DNA from: Opisthocomus hoazin | Lineage: Eukaryota | DNA length: 64,000 nucleotides | Direction: 5' to 3' | Assembly (NCBI RefSeq): GCF_030867145.1 | Contig: NC_134414.1 | Coordinates: 22,870,810-22,934,809, forward strand | Shown here: positions 46,901-61,487 of the stretch, piece after piece | Layout: every line of letters begins with the position of its first letter | Position numbering within the stretch: position 1 is the first letter of the stretch | Position numbers and translations under genes: made by a program | The notes under the pieces: generated by a model | What the model was told of the DNA's origin: nothing | What the model saw: the letters and a program-made list of their open reading frames with translations, nothing else | The model's database searches: none

Positions 46901-49900
46901 TCATCCAAACTCACTTAGTAAGAACATATACAAAACTACGTTCTCTATGTGGCATGTAGATAAAGTACAAACTAACCTATATCCATACAGTTATGAATCG
47001 TCTTGCTCTACTGCCCACTCCTTCCACACTGAAATGAGCAGAACTGGTAATTTTCACTGGGTTTCTTTTATTCTGCTCACTGCATGGGCACAGGGCTGCA
47101 AGGGGAGCACAAAGCAGGCAGGAAGCAGGACCAAGCAGCAAGCAGGGCAAAGGGCTATTCTATCTGCAGCAATGCATGTATGGAATTATTTTAAAAATGC
47201 ACACAAAGATTTCAAAATTTCCATTAGCATACAAATATTTAAAACATTGGTAAGCAGCTTGAAAGACCACTTCCAGCTGGCCATTCAAATACTGCATTCT
47301 ACAGTACTGCAATAGCTGGTTTATGAAGGGTTTTTTCCAGCAATTTTATACTAGATAAACATATTTGAAGCTTAGTAAAAGCACTGCAGAATAAATCCTT
47401 TTATAGCAAGTAATGAACAGTAATGGAGCTGTTAAAAAGAGAAACACATTAAAATGCCTAAAGCATCAAGAACAAACAGCTGCAAAAAGAATTACAATAA
47501 ATCCGTGTGGCTTCTACATCTTTTCAGATTTATTAAATTTTTATTACATTTCCGTTTCCAACTTGCTTAAGTGTATGTGGTTATTTAAAGTGGGAAAGCC
47601 TGTTCTGCTGGGGTGGGGTGTTGTTTTGGTGTTTGTTTTTTCTTTCAAATATTCACTGAGAATAAAATTACTTTCCCTTTCACATATATAAAAACTGATT
47701 ACAGTGAAATTAAGGGAAAAAACTAACAAAAATACCTTAATCCTATCCCGTAACTGCTAATATTCACTGCTTTGTTTTCCTTTACACCATCTTCTGTTTA
47801 GTGCTTCTCTGGCTATGACACACAGGTGTCAGACTGGATTCTCACTGGCTTGATGAGAGGCTAACCATCTTAAAATCAGCTGATTCATACTTACGACGTG
47901 TACGCTGTACACAGTTGCCACAGAAATCAAGTCCTACAGAAAAATTTCATAACAGCAACACAGAATAAACATCTCCACCTGCAGTGACCCCACCCTACAT
48001 CCCATGAATGTTAAAATTTTTAGAACATGAATTCTTTTCAGTTTTTCTAATATTCCTTGCCCATCCACACAACACTAAACTCAAAGTTTAAAAAAATCAA
48101 ACATTAATGTAACTGGTATTTCCATGTTTTTGATTAGTTTGTGGTTTTCACATGTAACAAGCTTTTAAGTAATTTTTGTGAATCTGCTGTAGATATAAAA
48201 TTAAACCACATTCCTCCTATTTTTATTATGTTACTTTATTCCCCCTCCCCCCATCTTTTTTCAATTTATCTACAGGACTCTTCACAGTTGTTCCTGTTCA
48301 AGATTCTATGCAATTTTTTTTTAACTGACAAATTAAAGGCAAGAACAGTATCTTTATTCTCACTGTGGTTCTTCCAAGTCAAGCAATCAACGTCCCGCAT
48401 ACAGTTAGCATGTAAATTCAACCAAATTATACAGTTATGCTTTACAGAAATTGATATAAAAGCACACTAGTAGAACTATCAACATTAGCTCTAGACAAAC
48501 CATTTACAAAAAAAAAAAGAAAAACCTTATCAACATGCAGTAACACAGTGAAGTTCCTTTTGAATCTCATACCTCTTACTATGAGCACTTTGTCCTTTAT
48601 TTGAGGGACCACATACAAATCCAGTGGTAAGTTTTTACCCACACTTGTAAAGATTTATTTTTTCTTTTAATGTGATTTGGGTATAAAATAATCATTATAT
48701 GCAAGCAGTTTTTTAAAATGGTTTTACCTATAAGTATTCTATTCATATCTATGAATTTAAACTTTCCTGAATAGTTCCTTCAATTAGGAAAAAATGCTGT
48801 TCTGAAGTGCTTTTCTAAAGAAACCCATCTCTTACTGCTTTTAGAAGTCAGGCTGAAGTTATTAATACAAATACCTCCAAATTTCAATTATATTAATTGT
48901 CATAGTAGTTTAAGGAAGTTCAAGATGGAAAAGACCTATTAAATCTATTTCACTGAGAATGAACACATTGAGGGCTTGTTTCCATGCATTTAAAATCATC
49001 AAAAGTATTGTTTTCATGAAAACTTAACGTGCAGTTTATCTATTCTACAACTCGCATTACAGACATGGATAACTTAAATTTGGTAAATTTCAGTATTTCA
49101 TGGATTACTGTGAAAACAAACTTGAAACGCCTACTGCTATGATTTTTAAAATATTTACAGAGAAAAACCAAAAACTATTAACAAGACAGATTTCTTCATG
49201 ACAGCAAAGTGCCAAATTGCCGAGACCACCTAGTAAGACTGAGTATATTTTACAGTATATCCCAGAGGAAACAAAAAGCCAATCCAATACAAAAAATTAC
49301 ACCTGACATTAAGTATTGCAAGTTTTTAGTCACTCCTTCTATTAAGTTCTCACATATCATTGAATGGATTTAAAAAACAAATGCTTTTGGGATAATACAG
49401 TCCAACATTTGCCAATAAACTAGTACTGAACAGCTAGTAATCTAAAGAAGTAATGTCCAACCTCTGTATTTTCCACAGGCCATGCTCATTCCCTCCTCAC
49501 TATTCAAGAATCAAGAACGCTTGGACTGATACTCCCTCAGGCTAGAAGTGACCTAACAGACCAAGGAAAGTACCAAACCCCAGGATGGTTCTGCATCTTA
49601 ATGACAGCACAGTGCCCAAATTAATAAATTCAGGGCTCCTGAGAAGAAAACTAAATGGCATCTGAAATGTGCTCTCTCAAGCCCCCCAGTCTTGGCCCCA
49701 AGTGCAAGCTAAAAAGAGATGCTGGATGCAGGCTCTGTAAAACTGCCCATGGATACACACCACTAAGTCTCAGGAATGGGATTGAGAATCCATTCACATT
49801 TGCAGTCCAATGTAAACTGATCCCATGAGTTGCCACCCAGCCTTCCCTGCCAGTGCAATAGTTAAATTACAGTTTATTTTGATTTGTCTTCACTGAGAAG

Positions 49901-52900
49901 GGAAGAATTATGATCCAGCCTGTTATAGGAAAAATTATATATTAAGAAGCTAAAAATTAGTTTCCACGACATGCTTAAGTAAAATGAGCTTCATGCCATC
50001 AGAGCACACCACTCATTTGCTGAGCATCTCACCTCAAAGCATATTCTCCCTTCAAAAGGCCTATGAGGTTTTGTTTTTCACTTGAGAATCTTCCTTTAGA
50101 TGAGTTATTTCAGCATTTTGAACCAAGTTATCTTGAGGTAAATTGTGATCATTTAACAATCAGTACTTCATAAAAGTCAACGCATTTGTATTTAGCATCT
50201 TTTAAAAGAATTTGTGATTATAGATTAAACTATTTTTCAACTAAAAAAATCTGGAATCGAAAGTGGAAAAGGGGAAAATTAGTTTGGTGTAACATTTTAA
50301 AATATGACAGCATACTTTAGATCAGAATGCTCCTCAATGAATGCATAATATAAAATCCTATTGGATTATGGCTAAAATTAAATTAATCTAAGAGCTCATA
50401 TTGTCTTCTTGTCATTTATGCTAAACTTTTGTTCCAACAAGAGTCTCCAGTTTATCGTATCTTTATGTCCAATTGGATAAAATAGATGCGGACAATAAAT
50501 AAAATAACTGGAGGTCAGGAATTTTCTTTCTAGGTAATCCACAGTAATTTATAAGTATCTTTCTTAGGAAACAAATACAGTTAAGTATCTGAATCGCCAC
50601 CACACTTCCCAAGATATCAATGTGCTTTATCTAATGAGCACACTAGACAGAACTACAAAGAAATTAATTCACAACCAAAATGAATGTTATTAAGTGCCAA
50701 ACAGCTCTGCTTCAAATGACTGAGGGGATAAATGCAAATACAGTTAGACAAGCTGGATTCTGGTCGTGGTGTGTTTTCTTTTACTTAAATGGAATAGTAA
50801 GGCTTTGCTATCTTTAAGTATTAAAATTATCTTGTCACATTGAAATTAAGCAGTTTAGACTCAAATCTCAGGAATAATGCAAAAACTCAGTGAGTACAAC
50901 CAAAAGTAAGTGCATTGTAGTAGTCAATTTCATACCCTTTCCAAGCTTATTTGTTTTACCACAGCATACAGCAGAAAGAGTCAGAACATCACTGTCCTTT
51001 CTAGTCAAACAGACTAAAGACAGTTAAAACCTTAAGTATGCAGAAAAAATGATAAACTGATCAGCCAGATAAGCAACAAGAAAAACTGATCAATTCCAGC
51101 ACACGGACAGTGTGAAGATGTTGCTTGGCCAGATCTGTATACCCTTTTCAGTAACCAAATTAGGACCATCCCTTTTCTAACAAAATTCTGTGTTTATCAT
51201 ATAGCTAGTCAGTTGCTACCACAGATGGCAAAACAAAAATCACTGCATTTACCATTGAGCTGTACACAACCAACAGAGCCAGGCAGCCCTAAGAAAGCTT
51301 TTGTTAAGAGCAGAATTTGGCAGCCTATCATCAGCTACAAAAGGAATTGTTCATGAAATCTTGAAGGTGTGCCCAAATTCACCATATCAGTATTTATTTT
51401 TTAGGACTTTAAGGCTTAGTTCATGCATATTTAAAAAGAGATTACACAACCTTCTGCAGTAAGGACAGCAGACAAATTCACTGCTACCATGCAGCAGAGC
51501 CATCCAACCTAAATGATTCTATGATTTTCTAAGGGTAGCTCACAACTGTCGGATGAAAATCACTAATATTAATTAAAATCAGCAATAACTTCAATAACTT
51601 TCAACTCTGCTTGCTAGAAAAAATGCAGTGCAACAAACACGCACTTAAAATAGCATGAGGCTGGCAAGGAAAGAATGAACCACTTTTAGCATACTTGGTA
51701 TGTTTAATGTACTTTCGAAACATACACAGATACTACAAGGATGAGGGTGTAAATATCTGAACAAATACACAGGAGTTAGCCAAAAGGCCTGAATGACACA
51801 GCCTTTTCCTTTGAAAAACTGAGCAGACCTCTTGACTCTAGTTCAAGTTATATTTAAAACATGTTCCCTTTACAACTTTACAGTTTAGAATTATCAGTTC
51901 ACACCTGTACTTTCTCAATCCCCATTAAAAAAATGTCATGTACAAGGACAGAAAAGATGAGACAGAAGTTATCTATTATTTAGACATCTTACTAGACATT
52001 GATGTAAACTGCATTTTTTTCAACCTAATGCAGTACACCAAAGCAGAGAGCTTAAGTGGTTGCCACAGGAAAACACTAGTTTACAGCTAGGAAAAAAACA
52101 GCAATTTTCCCAAATGCTGAGTTTTAGCAATAGTGTGCTAAGCAAAACCAGTTGCAGGTTTTTTTTGAAGAACAAATGCTGTAATGTGATACATGTATCA
52201 GATAGGTGAAAGAGTATTTTAGACTTCAAACCTAACTCACTATTGCATTACAACTCTAAAGTGTAGCATGTATCTCCAGCTGAGAAAAAAATGGCAACAT
52301 CAAAGACAGTCTAGAGGAAAACGCTCAGTAGTTACAGATGTGACAAGTGAGGACCTACATATATGGTTGAGTTCTGAATTGTATGAAAACAATCTCTATC
52401 TTAAGCTGCATAACACTGGCAATTTAAACAACAGTGCACTTCAAAAATGCCAGCAATGTTGCAATTTTCCCATTATCCATTTGCTCACAATTCAATTCAC
52501 CAAGACCATCCCTGCTATATTAAGAAGTAACATATACATGCTCTCTCTGCTGCCTGCATCCCATGCTTTGAGCTATATACATACCATTCCGATCTAATTA
52601 GAGCATCATGTTCTCACAAATCAGTTATCAATCAATTTAGTATCACTATTCACGCAGATAAATTTTAGCAATTTCTATTTCTGAAAACGCGACTGAAGTG
52701 ATAAAAACAGAACACATATTTTACACCTATCTTGCACAGGAAAAAAGCAATAGCAAACAAAAATATCCTTGCTTACTTTCTTGCCAGGAATAGAATCAAT
52801 AGGCCTTTTCCATCATCTTCCATGACTGACAAAATCTGAATCATAAGCTTCCTAACAACTTTATCATTACTTTTATCTTGACTCAATCAGCAAATCTAGA

Positions 52901-53639
52901 CTGAGTTGTATTGGAAACAGGTATTTTTCAAATTCACCATTCTGTAAAACAGTTATCAGAAATACTCTTGTGCAATCCTTCTAAATGCATATTACTCTAA
53001 GTGAACAATTATTTTAACTGGAGAACATGTGTTTGCCTCCTAATTAAACAGTTAATCATTGGTAACAGAATTGATTCTATTCAAACCAACCACTGGGGGA
53101 AACATATAATGATGATTACACAGTGGAAGGCTTTAAATCAGCTTGCACAACTGTCTCCTTCCTTGCAATGGCAAGATACTTCAACGATCAGTAGAACACA
53201 CAGATGTCACAACAATTTTTCTTCTATAGAAGTATGATTTAGGTAAACTAATTTGTATTATTATTAATAAAGCATACATATAGATTCCTTTTCCAAAGTT
53301 GTGTCCGTCCCCCCCACCCCCAGTTAAATCTTCCAATAATTTGAGTAACAGATATACTCTGTTGATAAGCCTATTGTGACTAAGTTTGCAAAGGGAGACT
53401 GAGTTACAAGGACATAGTATCCTTGAGAACACTTTGTTTAAAACTTGGAGCTCAAAGTCGAAACATACAAAAGCAGTTGCGATATAAATTGTTCACAGTA
53501 TGTACTGCAACATGCAGTTTAACTAAACAGATTCACTGTTGAGAATGGAAATCCACACATAGTAGAAACTACATGAGAATGAAAATGATGCCACTTATAA
53601 TTAAGCATAAAATTATTCTCACTCAGTAATAACATTCCC

Positions 53640-53934
53640 AAAATCCTTTCAAGTGATTTTTATATTTTATTGTGATCAGATAACTGCACGTTTTACAGCA
53701 TAGTCACACATTGAATTTCGCTAGTCACAAACACATTGCCTTACACAATGATCTGCATCATTTCTGCTCTATACTACAAAGCCTATGACTGAATACAAAA
53801 AAAGTTTTACAAAAGAAACTGTTTTAAAGACTACAATAACAATAAAACCGTTTCCAGATAACAGCTAAAATTATAAAGGCATATCACTGTATATTTCTAC
53901 TGGAATTTCTAAACAGTAAGGAATGAAGTAAGTT
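53640..53934 (-). other. PSPC1: Putative PSPC1 3' UTR. A minus-strand AATAAA (plus-strand tttatt at 53666-53671) lies about 265 nt downstream of the stop codon. Longer UTR isoforms are possible.
   Basis: The hexamer is read on the minus strand. GU-rich sequence lies just downstream of it in transcript orientation. Confidence 0.4.
53666..53671 (-). promoter_or_regulatory. PSPC1: Candidate polyadenylation signal AATAAA for PSPC1.
   Basis: This is the first canonical hexamer downstream of the stop codon on the coding strand. Confidence 0.4.
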
Positions 53935-54120
53935 TTAGTATCTGCGACGCTTGTTAGGTCCTTCAAAGTTGCCCCCTGGGTTTCCTCTACCAAAGCCACC
54001 AGGTCCACCACTCACGGCACCTACACCACTCATTGGTGGCTGAGGAGTTTCAGAGCCCGTTCTACTAACCAGAGGTGAACCCATCTGTGATGGACCTCCT
54101 TGAGGGAATCTCTCATTATG
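53935..54120 (-). CDS. PSPC1: PSPC1 terminal coding exon: [61 protein letters not shown] plus TAA stop (53935-53937). On the - strand, acceptor tattag|CAT.
   Basis: Matches the human PSPC1 C-terminus [61 protein letters not shown]. The GPNKRRRY tail (GPNKRRR/KKPRF-type) is shared across the paralogues PSPC1/NONO/SFPQ. Confidence 0.9.
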   Translation of the reverse strand, partial: HNERFPQGGPSQMGSPLVSRTGSETPQPPMSGVGAVSGGPGGFGRGNPGGNFEGPNKRRRY

Positions 54121-57100
54121 CTAATACAAGTCCATTTGGAACATGCCAAATGTGAGTTACAATAAAAACCACAAGTGATGTTGTCATGAAGTTCAGCAGA
54201 TAGTCCAGCAGAATCAGGATCACACATAGAGGGAAGAAAGGAGCAATTCAATTAGTTATTATGGAAAAAGAGCTGAAAATTAAAGAGTGCTAATGTTATG
54301 CTCCAATTTTGTAAAGTAAATACTTCAATTTTTAATTAAGACCAACTCTGGTACTGAATGTAAATTCATCCTTTGAAGCATATCTGAAGCAATACATATT
54401 CTCTATGTAACAGAAGAGACAGCACACAATTTTATACGTGAGCCCTCTTCTGCCTTACATACGAACTATAATGCTTCTCAAACAAATTAGACACAGAAAT
54501 ATTGTCAAACTAGGAAAAACAAAAACCAGCTTTTGTATTTCTGGAGACTTCGGGTTTATTCTTTCAATAGCAATATAACCTGAAGACTTAGACACACACA
54601 TACCTGTGGATATTTCAGTCCATACTACCTGGAGTCAGTCTTTTGTATGGCACTTTAGGAATCTTTAGACTCTTAAAACCCAGTCGAAATAAACTGACAC
54701 AACTAGTGACAAAATGCATAACTAGACTACACTTAGTTTAAAAAACCTTGATAGATATATATATATCTCTAAAGCTTAACCTGAAATATCAATATAAGAT
54801 GAAAATGCAGTTAATGTTCCACATTTATTTTCCTTAGTTCTGTGCCTAATGTTAACCAAGGTGTATGTGCTTACAGATTTATTTGGCTATAGCAACTGAG
54901 ACCTTAAACAGAAAACATGCATCTGAGCACTTAATAGTTCAGAATTTAAGCAAGTTTTTTTAAAATAGAACCCCACACGAAATTTAAAACATCAACCGAA
55001 CATAACATAAACCATTAAAAACGTAGATACATGGTACAATCAGGTCTTGAAATCACTCATCATTCACCTGTTGAGAACAGTTACACTTTCAGAAGAAATT
55101 CCTTCTGCAGAGAGATCTACCTTACTGCCCAGGTATTCAGAGTCCAACAAGAACACTCAAGACTAGCACTTCATCTGTATGACCGAATCGGAGAAGAAAT
55201 CTTCTGGAAGTCTAACTCCAGTAATATCAGTAGAGCTCAACAGTTTTGAAGTCTCCTAATTCATATCTATATTATTTAAAAACAGCATTATATCCATATA
55301 GATAAAAATATTTGCAACTTAGATCTTGGCTATATATACATGCATTTTTTAAAATTTGACACTGAATAAGAAAAAAGTTACTTCAACAACTGCATGAAGA
55401 TCTACTACTGCCCCAAAGAACCTTAAAATCTGCAGCACTGGTTAAAAAATGTTAAAAGAATTATCTTTAACTCTTTTCATCTTGTTAGCAATCGACATGA
55501 ATTTCAACAAATAGCTTATCACATACTCCTGATCATTTTTATCATTTGACTTCTGGACAAAAAGTTAAGTCCTCTTTCCAACAAGGACCACTCTGTCCAG
55601 CCAACAAGAAAACTGCAGTAATTAACCAGCTACAATACAGTATTGGGAGAAAAAAAGCTTTTTTTAAAATGTTGTGTTCAAAGATAATCTATTTCTCCAA
55701 TTCTCCCCAAAAAAGACTTCAGAAGAACGTTAAATTTAATAAAAGAAAACTGTATTTCTGATCTATAAAGCATATTCTCCATTTCTCTAAGTGGAAACTG
55801 AAATTAACTCTTACAGTGTTTTAGCAGACAGTCCTCAAAGTATGTCTAAAGCGTCTTTCCAACAGCAGCAAAAATACAATAAGGCTATGTCCTTCTGTAG
55901 GGGCCTGCCCCCCAAATTAAAAACCTTGAAAGTCCAAAATGAAGGAAAAAAAGGTATCTAAATTGTCCTTCAGTAGTATGCAGAAGAAAATGGAAGTAAA
56001 AAAAAGTTTTTTTTAAAAACATGCATTTTGACGTGCCAGTATATTCACTACATTTCCATATCTGGAATGGCTTTTTGTAGAAAAACAACCATTTGAGATA
56101 GGTACTATGATTTACGATACCATGTTCTTTTCCTGACACCTCTTCTTAACTGTCTATATAATCACAAGAGAATGTTCCCAAGGTGACCAGTAACACTGTG
56201 GTCTTCAGCAAAAGCATCTCTGAAAACAGTATTCTGTGAAAAGCACCCCCACACACACCTTGTGAGACATGACACAAGTGATAAAATAAGCTGCTTCCTA
56301 CAATGTGAAGTGAGATCCTTTCCTTCCAACTGGTAAAGACCAGACTCTTCACATATTTTTTTGCTCAACATCTCATTTTCCTCTAAGGAACAAAGGATTT
56401 TGTCCAAACTTCATTATACAGATTGCTCAATCGCAAACAGATACTGTTGAGAAGGCATATATAAAAAAAATACAGGTACAAAATGCTTCTGTGTTCCAAT
56501 AAAGCTGTAACAGAATCACTGTTTATACTATATAGCCCTTTATATCACACCACCACTAGAACATTCCCAAATAATTACTTACAGAATAATACTGAAAAAT
56601 ACGTAAAAATCAGATTAAAAATTATATAGTTGTTTCTCTACATAAGGCATTACAGCTAGGAAAATTGACTGGCTACGAGAACACAGCAAAAATGGCTAGT
56701 GCTTTAACTGCATCCCAGTGGCATATCTGCTCTTGATAAAAAATTACAGATGTACACAAGACATTCTCTACCACTCTTGGCAACTGAGCAATATTATTTT
56801 TCCTGTATTGATGAGAGAGTTCTCCCTGACAACTGTTGGCATATTTATTTTCTAAATCATGTAACTATTGTCATAATCTCATGCTTTCAACACTGTTATA
56901 AATACAAAAAAACACTGAAGTTGCTTTAAAAAAATTAAATCGTTTACACAAAGATATCTTCACACTACATCCATTCCAACATTTAACTGTTCATCAAAAG
57001 CCCCAACAAGCTAATACACAGAATTTAGTTTCACAAAAGACAAAACAGCAAATGCCTAAATTTACAGATTACTTTGATATATTGTTCATTCTTCATTTCA

Positions 57101-57421
57101 AAGTGATTTCCTTCTACCAATGAGTTTTTCATGACAGGTCATACATGCAGTTTTGCCACAAATGCTGTACATTCTAATCTCAATTTAAAGTCTCGTTACT
57201 GATCAAAGAACTCACCCGGTTCCTAAGGGAAGTAGGATTTTCATAGTAGTATCAAATAAAGATTTCCCTTCTGTGTCAAATTATTTGCATGAACAAATTT
57301 TATCAATTACTTTTAACAGATTCGTAACATGTTCTTACTCAGTGTGAAAATACCTTTGGTAACAAAAAAGGGCCATGAGACATGACAGCTATTCAAAGTA
57401 ATTAAATTTGTGATACGTTAC

Positions 57422-57591
57422 CACTGTTCCATTATCTGGCATCATTGGTGTTCCCATATTTGCAGCTCCTTCTGGTCCCATGGAAGGACCAGGACCCATT
57501 GCAGGGCCAGGTAAAGTTCCTCTGTTGCTCATATTCATACCCATCATTGGAGGAGGGCCTTGGTTACCAGCAGGTGCTGGGCTAAACGCAT
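57422..57591 (-). CDS. PSPC1: PSPC1 coding exon (penultimate): (D)[56 protein letters not shown]. On the - strand, acceptor tttgcatag|AT and donor GTG|gtaacg.
   Basis: Matches human PSPC1 [57 protein letters not shown]. This is part of minus-strand ORF 57389..57604. Confidence 0.9.
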
Positions 57592-57880
57592 CTATGCAAA
57601 ACAATCTACACTTAGAGCTGTCCTATCTTAATTTTACAAGAATAAACAAACACTTTACATATTTAAAAAGCCAAATGTACAAGACTTCCAATACTTGAAA
57701 TAAAAAAAAAATCATTCTTTGAGACTGTACATTTATCTCAATCATCTGCTTTTAAACAGATTTTCATTAATTCCTATTAATTTGCATTACATAATCTGCC
57801 TCGTGTATTTGAAAATCCTGAACTTTACAGCTAAATATAGCTGTATGGTTTCTGCGCAGGAACTGAAGTGTTCATACAGC

Positions 57881-57898
57881 ATATATATATATATATAT
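57881..57898. repeat. (AT)n dinucleotide microsatellite inside the PSPC1 penultimate intron.
   Basis: Read directly: catatatatatatatatatgc. Confidence 0.9.
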
Positions 57899-60800
57899 GC
57901 AGCATACACCACAAATTAGCAAAAATCTCAAGTGATTTTTCAGTAGTTGGCAGCTATAAGGCAATTTGGTTCTTAGAAGATCATAACATATTAGACACAT
58001 ATTTGCAAGAACTGTTCTACCAGTATTATATCAATTCTATATAGTGTTACGGTCTATTAGTCTAATGTCTAAAAGCAATATCAAAGATGGTATTAAACTT
58101 TACACTAATTACTTGTAATATGGCACAAATAAATCTTGCTATTAAATGTAATTTATTATGGTAAAAGTACAAGAAAACTAAGGGCAGTTTTGTTAGAACT
58201 GAAAGTGACAGAACAGTCTCCTCCAAAATTCTGATTCACAGTGAGAGGTAGAAGAAAAGCTTAAAATTGTCTTTTGAGGAGATCACTTAGCTAGTATATT
58301 GAGCTAGGAAACTCCACTCTGCCAGTACACACTAAAGTACTGAACAGGTAGGTAAAATTGCCTTCGTAACATTTTCTCATGTTGTTATAAGAAAGAAAAA
58401 AGTCTGATTATATAAATCATTTACATCTGCTACTATGCAATATCATCAGCTTTAAGACTGGTGGTGATGCTTTTTTTTTTCCCCACACAATGATAAACCA
58501 CGCTTTTTTCCAGCCAAAATCATGCATCCAGATTTGACAATGGAAGACAACATGCCTTCGGAATCTAGCCCGTGTTTCAAGTCACGACAACATACACGAA
58601 CATCAGGAAATCTGACGTTGCTAGACTAATAAACTTGTTATTTTTCTTCAAAAGATCAACCTCTCATCACAACTGTAACTTCTTTAGTAATGAATATATA
58701 AATGTACATCATTGTAAGCAGGTCATTTAGCACAGATACTGTACTATCACTACCTACAAGTACGCAAAACTGCATCTTTATTACCTGCTCTGAGCAGACA
58801 TATCACAGCAGTCAGTGAAACCACTGCATCCAAAATACTGCTGCTAGAATTGCAGACCTGGGCTTGATAATACATGTTATGCCAACTGCAAGCTGCTTAG
58901 CAAAAACAATCTTTGCAACACAATAGCACACGTAAAGTGCTACACAAGTTTATCTGAAGTAACAGAGAAAAATCTTGTAATTTTGAAAAGCAGAACTCAT
59001 TTGAGCTTAGTAATGAGAAACTTCCAAGACCTCCCCTATGACACTGAGCCAATACAAAAGTAAGCAGTCAGGTGCTTCCTACCTACCCACAAGCATGATT
59101 ATTAGTTCATGCAGCAAGGTAGGATGACTGTGCTACACTTCAAGATAATTACATCTGAATATGCCCTAAAACTGTTATTTAGTGTCCATTCAGTGACTAA
59201 ATATGGAAGGAAAAGGAGAAGTCTGAACTGCCAATATAAGGAAAAACCTTTATTTTCAGAGGCTAGAAGGACTCTGCAGGGCTATCATGACAGCAGTGCT
59301 TTGTGCTGGTAGTAGTGCCATTAACCACATGCAGCCAGCGCTCAATTATCTGTCCAGGTTCAGCAACAGATGGAAAGCAGTCCTAAGTGTTCAGGCCACA
59401 ACACAGACACTGAAAAAATGTATTTTTCTGCAATCTGGAGGGCTGAAAAAGTACAGTCTAAGTGTCCAAACTGCACATGCCAAGGTCTGGCACAGCAGCA
59501 AAACCATACAGAGAGAGTTCCCCAATAAATCTTTTTCTTCCACATTGAGGAGTTTCAGCTGCACTTAGCATTACAGATCCAGTTAAGTGACATGACTGAG
59601 GCACACAGACCCTTCCCAGAACTTGTTTGCAGCAGAAAAAAAATGCAGAACTGCGCAGTCCCGCACAAGTCAGCCCAACACTAATTAAATCAATCACAGA
59701 GGTACTTTGCTTTCTATTAACATTATCATGCAGGTATTTCCACTACTGAAGATACTCCAGCTCCCTCCTGTATCACATGATGAAAAGTCACAAATGGCAC
59801 TGGTAAAGGCCAGTTAAAAATAAAGTTAGAATTTCAACAGAAATGTTGAGAAAGGATGCTAACATCAACAATTAAAATGTCTGCTGCAGGGTTTTGGGAT
59901 GTGGTTTTTTTTGGTTGTAGTGGTGGGTTGTTAACAGGCTGGGAAAAAAAAAACCAAACACTCTACAGTGAGCTAACCTAAAATTCAGATACTGTGGCAA
60001 CAAACACTATCTTTACTATGGATATTTTTCCCTTTTTAAAACAGCAGCTCACTGTCACTATAACTTCTTTTGGAATTACACATTTATTTCTAAAAGCATT
60101 TGTATCAAGTTTAAAATCAAGTCATAGCACAAAGCTTATAAAGCAAGACTATGATAAATACCACTGTTAAGCATTACAACTTGACTAGAAAAGGGCTGTA
60201 AACTGATTGCTATACATATTTAAAATCGGTACATAAAAAGTGTATCTTGCAGATCTGGACAACTGGCACAGTATCAATATTTACAAAGTCTCCTGATTCA
60301 ATGAAATTTTCACATAGACTGAAGTAATATGCAAAAGTACAACAATAACATGAAAAAATCTAGTTACCATTTATGCTTCAGCTCATTATTTGTAGATAAT
60401 CTCACAATGTCTTCCTTTAGAATTTTTTTTAAAGCTCTTCATCTTCACTGAAAGGAAAACCCTATTCCTATTTTGCAGCTATAAATGTGTCTCAATTAGA
60501 AAATGCAAGGAAATGGTGAATAATGTATTTTAAAATCTGGGCTGAGCAGATTCATTAGTCTATAAATTCACACTACTCAAAAGGTCGAGCAATAATGTTT
60601 ACCAAGTTTTGTACATATTTTCAAATTTAAAATACGTAACAATAGTGTTAGCTTTCCTTTAAATTATCATCTTAATTTATTTTAAATGACCATCAGGAAG
60701 CTTCCAAGAGATGTATATCAACAATTAATCTAGTTTAGTAAGATTTGGTTTTCTTATAAAGAAATATTCTATGTTTCAGTCTTGTTTAAAAGCAGATATA

Positions 60801-61429
60801 CTGGATAAGTAAATTCCAAATTGTTTTAAGCCTAGATATAGAGAGCAAGCACCAATTATTAAGAATGTAATTTTTCTAGACTTCACAGTAAGTTTTTAGC
60901 AGTGATAGAATTTTAAGTAACAAAAATGAACTAAGAATATTTGCAAATACAGACTTGCAGTAAATTAGTAGAACACCAACCAAATCATTCATTAATCTTG
61001 TGTCAGGTACATCAACAAGAACTTACCAATTTTAAGCTCTACATAGTTTCACTGCATGCAATTACAGTCCCAACTTCCCTGAACAGGTAGGTAGTCCCTC
61101 CAAAAGAATTACCAGACACTTGCTGAACAGAAAACTACTCTTTTTTATCAAAAAATTTCTCAAGCATCACCTTTCCCTGCCTTTTTGTTTCTCTTAACTT
61201 GCACATCAAGTTTTTCTCCCACAGGCAGTCAAAACAATAACAAAGATATACTTTGGAGAAAAAAAAACCAGCTGTTTGGAACAAAAATTGTGAGGGGTTT
61301 TTATTTCCCAATACTGTTTACTCGTTTTTACTAGTAGTTGTCAGTAATTAATAGTGCTTGAGTAACATGTACAGTCCCAAAGAAAAAGAAATTTTACATG
61401 ACAGAAGCCTTTTTCCTTCAGATCCCTAC

Positions 61430-61487
61430 CTCCCATGTTTATTGCTCCACGAGGACCCATATCACCCATTCTCATTTCCTGTTCTCT
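61430..61487 (-). CDS. PSPC1: PSPC1 coding exon (antepenultimate): [19 protein letters not shown] plus 1 nt. On the - strand, acceptor ctttcag|AGA and donor GGAG|gtaggg.
   Basis: The reverse-complement translation matches human PSPC1 [23 protein letters not shown]. The phase joins the next exon (G+AT gives D). Confidence 0.85.
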
